Source of the DNA: Schizochytrium sp. TIO01
Lineage: Eukaryota > Protista > Bigyra: Labyrinthulomycetes
Reading direction: 5' to 3'
DNA length: 64,000 bases
Assembly (NCBI GenBank): GCA_004764695.1
Contig: SMSO01000034.1
Location: 3,906,001 to 3,970,000, forward strand
A model generated the notes under the pieces. The model did no database searches, was not told where the DNA came from, and saw only the letters and a list, made by a program, of their open reading frames with translations. The translations under genes and the position numbers were made by a program. Within the stretch, counting starts at the first letter, position 1, and every line of letters starts with the position of its first letter. Of this stretch, positions 57,470 to 64,000 are shown in pieces.

Positions 57470-58257
57470 GATCCTGCATTCTATGATATGTATGTTCCAA
57501 GTATGTAGGTGATGCTCGAAACTTCAACTCAAAGAGGACAGGGCGACTGCCTTCATGCAAGGAGCCCACGAGAAGAGGAAATCGCCACGAGGAAATGCGG
57601 CGCTTGTGTTATTTTCACTGTTCTTCAAACCGAACCAAGCAAAACAGGCAAAACACCATATTTTCAATTCTGTTTCTCGACTGTTCAATAAAGAAATAAT
57701 AAATAACACTTGAATGAAACAATTGGAAATAAAGTTTACGTTTGTGAAACATTTTATTATTATTAAAAGCAGGCGCCATCTTGGTTTAGCACTTTGCACC
57801 TATGGACTTACCATAGCTGTCCCGGCTTCTTTTGGTGTGAACTGAAGATGAGAGACTCGAATCGAGTGTCCTCGATCTACACCTCCTCAAAGTAAATCCA
57901 TCCCCTAAGCACTTCTACAGATGGGGCTAGGCGCGGCACCTTCTAGTTAGCCTCTGCTTATTCTCCCGCTCGGTCTCTTCGACGCGCTTGGAGGATCGCA
58001 GCTTTTTGCCAGCGCGGCCGTCCGTAGTATCAGGTGCACGCACGAAGCAGGCGCGATTGAGGGCGGGCAGGCCGGCCGGGCCAAGCTGGATGCGGCAGAG
58101 CTCCAGCAGCAGCAGGTGCGTCTTCGGCGACTGACTGACTGCCTGCCTGCCTGCCTTGCCAGCTTTCTCAAGCCTGAAAATGGATACGAGCAAATCGAAC
58201 TTGAAGAAAATGCACAAAGAGGAGGGCAGGAACCAGTTCTGTCTTCTTTTCCTTCTC

Positions 58258-58296
<39 letters not shown>

Positions 58297-59216
58297 AATG
58301 TAAATATATTTTCTATTAATATGAAGAGTGCGCCTTATACTCTTTTTGAAATATTTTCATCTTAAACAAAATTTTGGGCGATAGTCAAAGGGAAAGAGTT
58401 CGTAACAGGTAGAACGCAAATAAGAAGTTGAAAATTAGCTTTAAAAAAAAAAAAAAGAGGCAGAAGAAGAAGACAAAAGAAGACAAAAGAAAAAACGTTG
58501 TTTTTGAAACGAGGGAGAGAGATACACTTGTTTGACTTGACAAATGGAAACGCGGATTACGCTGAGGAAAATCCCTCTAGGCTAGTGACACACCAAAGAA
58601 AAGAGTTTGAAGATGGGGTCGAGCTTGGGAATTAATGGGATGCGACTTTTTCGTTAATGCAGAAACGCGGCCCGGATCAAGGTATTTTTTCTTCTGTAAA
58701 TCCCTGGGTCGAAATATGTGTATGGTACATCAATGAATACTCTTTCAAACAGATTAACATTCATTCTTTCCTCGACACGTAAGGAAGCGAAAGCCGCGAA
58801 GAGCGTATACTTTACCCACCCACTCCTGCAGGTTCACTCTGATGCACCAGTGTATATTTTTCAGTGCAGTAAACGACTTTGGATGGACTTAGTTCGCCAT
58901 TGCCTGCGTAGCACCGAGCGATCAGTAGCTAGCGCCTCGCCTAAGTTTCCTGCACTTGTGTAGCATGAAACTGATTCATCTTGACGATCTTGCTCAGCAA
59001 AGATCAAGATTGCAATCAAGATTGTAAAGCTTTGAAGGAAGCACCTAGCCATAACTTACTACCTGAATAACCTCAAAGTACCTCGCTACAGTGTGCGCTG
59101 CTGCTATCCTGAACAGCAACTCCAGGCCAGCGCTTGCTTTATCTACGCTGTCTTCGTCGCGGCGTTGACGTTCTCTCCCAGTACGCCTAAGAGTGCGGGG
59201 ATGAATACGAATGGGG

Positions 59217-59247
<31 letters not shown>

Positions 59248-59545
59248 GAGAATAAATTGCTGTCAAATTGTTTCAACTCACAGAAACGATGCCTTCGCCG
59301 ATTCTGCGCAAAGCAGGCTGAGACGAGGACCAAGCAGCAAGAAGACGCCAAGCTGCGGCAAGCGGGAACGTGCAGAGTGCCGCAGCGGCAGCCCCAAAGT
59401 CGAGCGCGAGCTTCGCCAAGGCGCTGCGATCTTCCTTCGTCACGTGTACACCGCCTTCTACGTGCTGCCCGCAAATCAAGCGGCCTGGGACCACTTGAAA
59501 CAAACGCGGTAAATGAAAGAAAGAAATGGGTTCCGCCCTCATCAA

Positions 59546-59582
<37 letters not shown>
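57435..59582. repeat. Separate microsatellites: (GAA)n 57435-57468, (ATT)n 58260-58294, (TCTA)n about 59217-59247, (CT)n 59548-59582
   Basis: Directly visible; unique sequence lies between them. Confidence 0.85.
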
Positions 59583-59586
<4 letters not shown>

Positions 59587-62377
59587 GCACTCAACTAGTG
59601 GCTCCAGTTATCTTTCTTTTCTACTCGATTGTGCAAGATCTCCGGCGCCCGCTTCGAATTCTCTTCATACATACTTTTACGTAAACCATGAGCAGTTTAC
59701 TCATTCATTCATTCATTCGTCATTCATTCATTTGGATTTCAACAGATTGATTGACGCATTCATTCGTTCATTCATTCACGTGGCTCCTCGCAGCTTCGCA
59801 AGAGTCTCTACTGCTGTAGCTGGCCGCCTAGCTAGCTAGCTCTAGTGGGCCTCGCTCCTTGTTTTCACGATCTTTTGGGGAAAGATCCCCCCGGGAGAAG
59901 GCTGGAGAAGGAGGAATGTACGCTGGCGACCACGCTCGAGCTGCTGCATCCACCCCTTGCGCATGAAGCGTCGTGAAGAAGGAACTCCTTCCGCTCACCC
60001 ACTCGATCGCCAATGCTGCAGCAGTGCCGTCTGCAGGTTCCCGAGGTCACTTGTTCTCTTCGAGGAGACTCCAGCCTCACGTTCTTCTTCCCCCAAAGCC
60101 GCCTGAAAACTATCTTATTCTGAGCGAGCGCCTGTGTCTCCATCTGCTGTCTATTATCGATCATTCTGCCACACGCTTTCCAAAAAAGATATGGACTCTA
60201 CAGGTTCCCACGAAGACGAGAAAGGTTCGTGGACTTTATTTCTAACATAAAATTCGACTACCCTCCGCTTCATTGCTCAAAACCTCACTGACCTTTGCTT
60301 TTGAAAGCATTGAGGCCGCCTGCTTCTAATATTTAATTTTCTATTTTTGAAATAAAATTTATTTTTGAAATAATAATTTTTAAAAAGCTAACGTTGATGC
60401 TTCGTTCTTTTTTCTTTTCTTTGTTTCGCTTTTGACATGAATTAAAGTTTTTCAATACTATAAAATTTAAAAAAAAAAAAATTAGACCTCATCGCACAAA
60501 AAAAAGTGAAAATGTATACCTTTCGAAAACAGTTTTTGATTTGAAACTTACGAAGCAAACGCCATCAAAGATGGAGCTCCGGTCGAGGTTCTCCTTTATT
60601 AGGACCCCATAGCGCTGTTTAGGGTATATACTTGCTTCCCTTTTGATGATGACTTTTTTAAAAAGTAGGCGCTCGCCATATTAAGCAACGAGGCTCGAGC
60701 TTCGTGCATCTGCGCAATATACTTCATAGAAGAAAGAACAGGTCTCCATTGGTGCTACTCGAGGGAAGTAAGCAATGATTTCGAATTCAAGGCCGTCGCA
60801 CAATTTGCAGATAGGCAGACAGACGAATCGACGAAGAAACAGAAACAGACCAAGAGAGAAAAGGACCAAGAGGACCAAGAAGAGACTGACACTGCCGACT
60901 ATTGGCGCGTCTATTATGCTGTGCAACGACAGCACTACAACCACTCGAAGCAAAGTCGGCTCCCACCGGAGGAAGAAGTAGGCAGGAGGAGGAAGACCGA
61001 AGTGATAGCGGCCCTGGCGAGATTGGCGGTCTATCTGTTTATAATTGTTAGAGCAGCTCCTGAAAGAGGTCGCTGTAGGTAGGAAGTAGTAGGTACTAGC
61101 AGCTAAAGTATTAAACCAGAAATACTCACTGCTTTCTCTCCTTTTTTTCTTTTTTTCCTTTTTTTCTTCTCGTCTCAAAAAAAGAGAAAAGGGAAAGAAA
61201 AAAGGATTTTGATAAATTCAACAAAAACCAAAATCTCTTTCAGAAAAGACATTTTTTAATTTTTAAAAAACAATTTAAAACTAAATACTACCTACGTAGG
61301 TTGTATTCGCTTGCAAGACTTTGGTTGGTGATGGCAAAGTGAAGCGAGAGCGAGAAATCTGGGAATCTATCTGCTTGAACAACAAGGTTCGGTTAATGTG
61401 GCAACGATGGAGATAATCACCTCGCCATGGCTCAAGTGCCACGGGTGTTGGCAGTCTATCTATCTATCTATCTAGCTATCGATCGATCTATCTATCTATC
61501 TATCTTTCTAACTATTCGCTGGCTGTTCTTGAGGCAAAGCGAGGCCCAATTTGCCAGCCAAAGAACAGGCGAGAAGTATGAACACAAAGGCAGTAAAAGG
61601 GATTAGAAACTGAAAGGTGCTGCGCTACTCACTTGAGTTAGAACAGGGAGTGACCTGCTACTTGAACGAGTATGATCAAAGGATTAGGGCAAATTGCGTT
61701 GAAATGAAAAAATAAAGGATAATCGTTCATGCGTCTATTATCTTTGACCTATCTATCTATCTATCCATCTATCTAATTTTCTCTATCTGTGTAGCCCATT
61801 ATTTTGATTGGTGATTCTGATCTCAGGCACATAGAGCATCGCATGGCAGATGGCGATACCTTCGAGATCCCTTCCTTCCTCCCTCCCTCCCTCCCTCCCT
61901 CTTTCCCAAAGTTGCTCAAGGCGCTGCGTAATCAAGCTCAACCTGTGCCCTTTTCGGACAAAGCAACTGGTTTCCAAATGTTTTGTACGATGATAGGAAG
62001 AATAACGAAGCACCATGATGGCTGTACTTCCTTACCTACCAAGCTTCCTACTTGAAACAGCTAGGCAGGTAGGGTTACTACTTGAGTTTGGCAGACACGA
62101 GAGGAAGAAAGGAGGTCTTAGCAACAAATGGAACCATACTTCTCGCCCAGCAGGAAGACCGCCTAATTGATAGCTAACTGCCTTTCCGCCTTTTCTACCT
62201 TATCTGCTAACTTCTAAGCAGCTTTTCTGCTCTTCGTGTGAGAGCTAACTAACCAAGATTCCAGATACGCCTACGAAGAGCAGAGCGAGAGAGAGGCCTC
62301 CTAAGCACTGGTATAAACACGCCTAGGAGGACACCTGGTCGTGAGAATATCTGTAGTTAAGGTACCCACCCACCCAC

Positions 62378-63112
62378 TCATTCATTCTTTATTTTATTCA
62401 TTCATTCATTTATTCCTTTATTCATTCATTCATTCACTCATTCATTCTTTCTTTATTCACTCATTCACTCATTCATTCATTCATTCATTCGGAGGATGGG
62501 TGAAGGATTGAATGAATGAGAAAGAAAAAGAGAAAACCATGGCTTGAGCTGTTTTGCCAAAGTGAGTAAGTAGAGTGGCCGCTGCGCTGTCTTCTAGTAA
62601 GATGCGAGCCTTCATGTTCGTCATCAGGATCGAACATCGCCACGAAACAGCCGCGGCCCAGGGCGCGAGCGAGCGAGCGAGCGAGGGAGGGAGGGCGCGA
62701 GCGAGAAGACCTGCTCAGGCGTCCGGAGTCGGGCCATAACAGAGTGCTTGCACGAAGGCATTCTCTGAACAATGGCGAAGGAACCTCAAAGTCAGACAGT
62801 TTTCACTCGACTCGCTTGAGAAACCAGTCAGAATCAAGAGCCTCTGAGACTCTTCTATTGCACTTGACCGCTCAGGACGATGACTCATATTTTTTTATAG
62901 TACAAATAAGTACTACACCGTATTGGGCGATTGCTTTGACTTGAGTTTTTTACCCAAGTTAAAAGATTTTAACGCAGTACCTCTGACTAGTGAGAGTAGA
63001 ACTAAGTAGTAATGGCGTATCATCAGCGCACACCTGGTTTGTAGAAGAATTCCACTTTTCGAAGATGGGACTCGGTACCTCCCTATGAAAATGACCGAGA
63101 TCGATCAGTCAG

Positions 63113-63166
<54 letters not shown>
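62378..63166. repeat. Degenerate (TCAT)n 62378-62489 and (GCTT)n 63113-63166 microsatellites
   Basis: Directly visible. Confidence 0.9.
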
Positions 63167-63167
<1 letters not shown>

Positions 63168-64000
63168 AGGTATAGAATAGTAGGGGTGGTGGATGTGTAG
63201 GGAAGCTAGAACGCGGCCACTCATGAGCAGGCAGCTAGCTAGCTCTCTGCTTCAGGTTTTCCCCAGATTCCAAAAATTCTATAGTTCACATAAATCACGA
63301 CCTTTAGTTCACTTTTTGGCGAAATCTAACAAGAGTCTAGGTACTCACTTGAGTGCTAGCTAGATAGATAGGCCGCGAGGTAAGTACTCCTAGGGTAAAC
63401 TGGTACAGCGAGAACGAAGGTTATGAAAAAACATTGAAAAGGAGAAAATTGCTTTTCTTTAGAATGAAAGAAGCTCTACTTCTACTTGCGTCCTCTTGTC
63501 TCGTCCTTTCTCTGTTAAGAACAGAGTTTGCGAAACAGATTTAAAGAGTTGATTGATTGATCATAAGACAGAAGTGAAAGAACTATAGGCCAGCAAATGT
63601 GCGTTCAAGAGCGGTTAGGTTAATAAGAGACCACTGCTCCGAAATAGCTGGCTTCTCTAATCATTTCTGCCCTTCCTTTCCCTTGCACAAATTCATCTTT
63701 CGTTGTGCTTTCTGAATGCCAACGCGCTAGAAAAGGTGCCTTTCCCCCTCTTTCCTTATTTTTATAAAAGTCTTTTCTTTCTTTTTTAAAATTATAGTTT
63801 TAATTTTAAAAGGCTGAGTTATCACCACTTAACATCTCGACAAGCAAATAAAATCTATTTTCTTTTCGAATCTCGAACTCGCTCCAGGCGAAGCGCAAGC
63901 TGGGAGGCAGCGCTGCGCAGAAGCAGCTGCTGAGTCCCGGAGGCCGAAGCGTGTGCCAAGAGGTTCGGCCTATCCAGCCTGGTCACGACCGCGCGTGGCC

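Noticed and set aside
52348-63166. Numerous 60-200-aa ORFs in the distal desert
   Set aside because: They are driven by microsatellites and GC-rich blocks, often start at non-ATG codons, and show no domain motifs.
1-64000. CRISPR array, rRNA, snRNA, intact retroelement or viral hallmark genes
   Set aside because: No repeat-spacer structure, conserved rRNA/snRNA signature, or RT, integrase or capsid ORF was seen by eye.

Overview
Eukaryotic nuclear DNA. The intron-free coding regions, tetranucleotide-microsatellite-rich intergenic DNA and OvoA with a mitochondrial-type presequence suggest a stramenopile protist, most likely a thraustochytrid (inference, not proven). A compact gene block (4.3-31.4 kb) holds two tandem MscS-like channels, a RhoGAP-like ORF overlapping a RhoGEF (DH) ORF in another frame, an intron-containing tRNA-Gly(TCC), a Golgi-type sulfotransferase, a MED1-like protein, Hook, NSE2/MMS21 and an MFS transporter. 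It is followed by ovoA (38.4-41.1 kb) and an AGC kinase (48.4-50.1 kb). Three gene-free stretches (1-4.2 kb, 31.4-38.4 kb, 50.2-64 kb) are built from GC-richer blocks, microsatellites and polarised T-rich-then-A-rich tracts. Decayed relics include a PIF/Harbinger-like transposase and a two-copy dispersed coding fragment. The best leads are: (1) the RhoGAP/RhoGEF junction, which carries an in-phase AG_GUU_UUU -2 frameshift-type motif, though an assembly indel is the simpler explanation; (2) an intron-containing tRNA-Gly with a bacterial-type U73 discriminator; (3) a MED1-like gene; (4) the recurring polarised T-to-A elements. All protein calls come from motif recognition by eye; no database searches were run.
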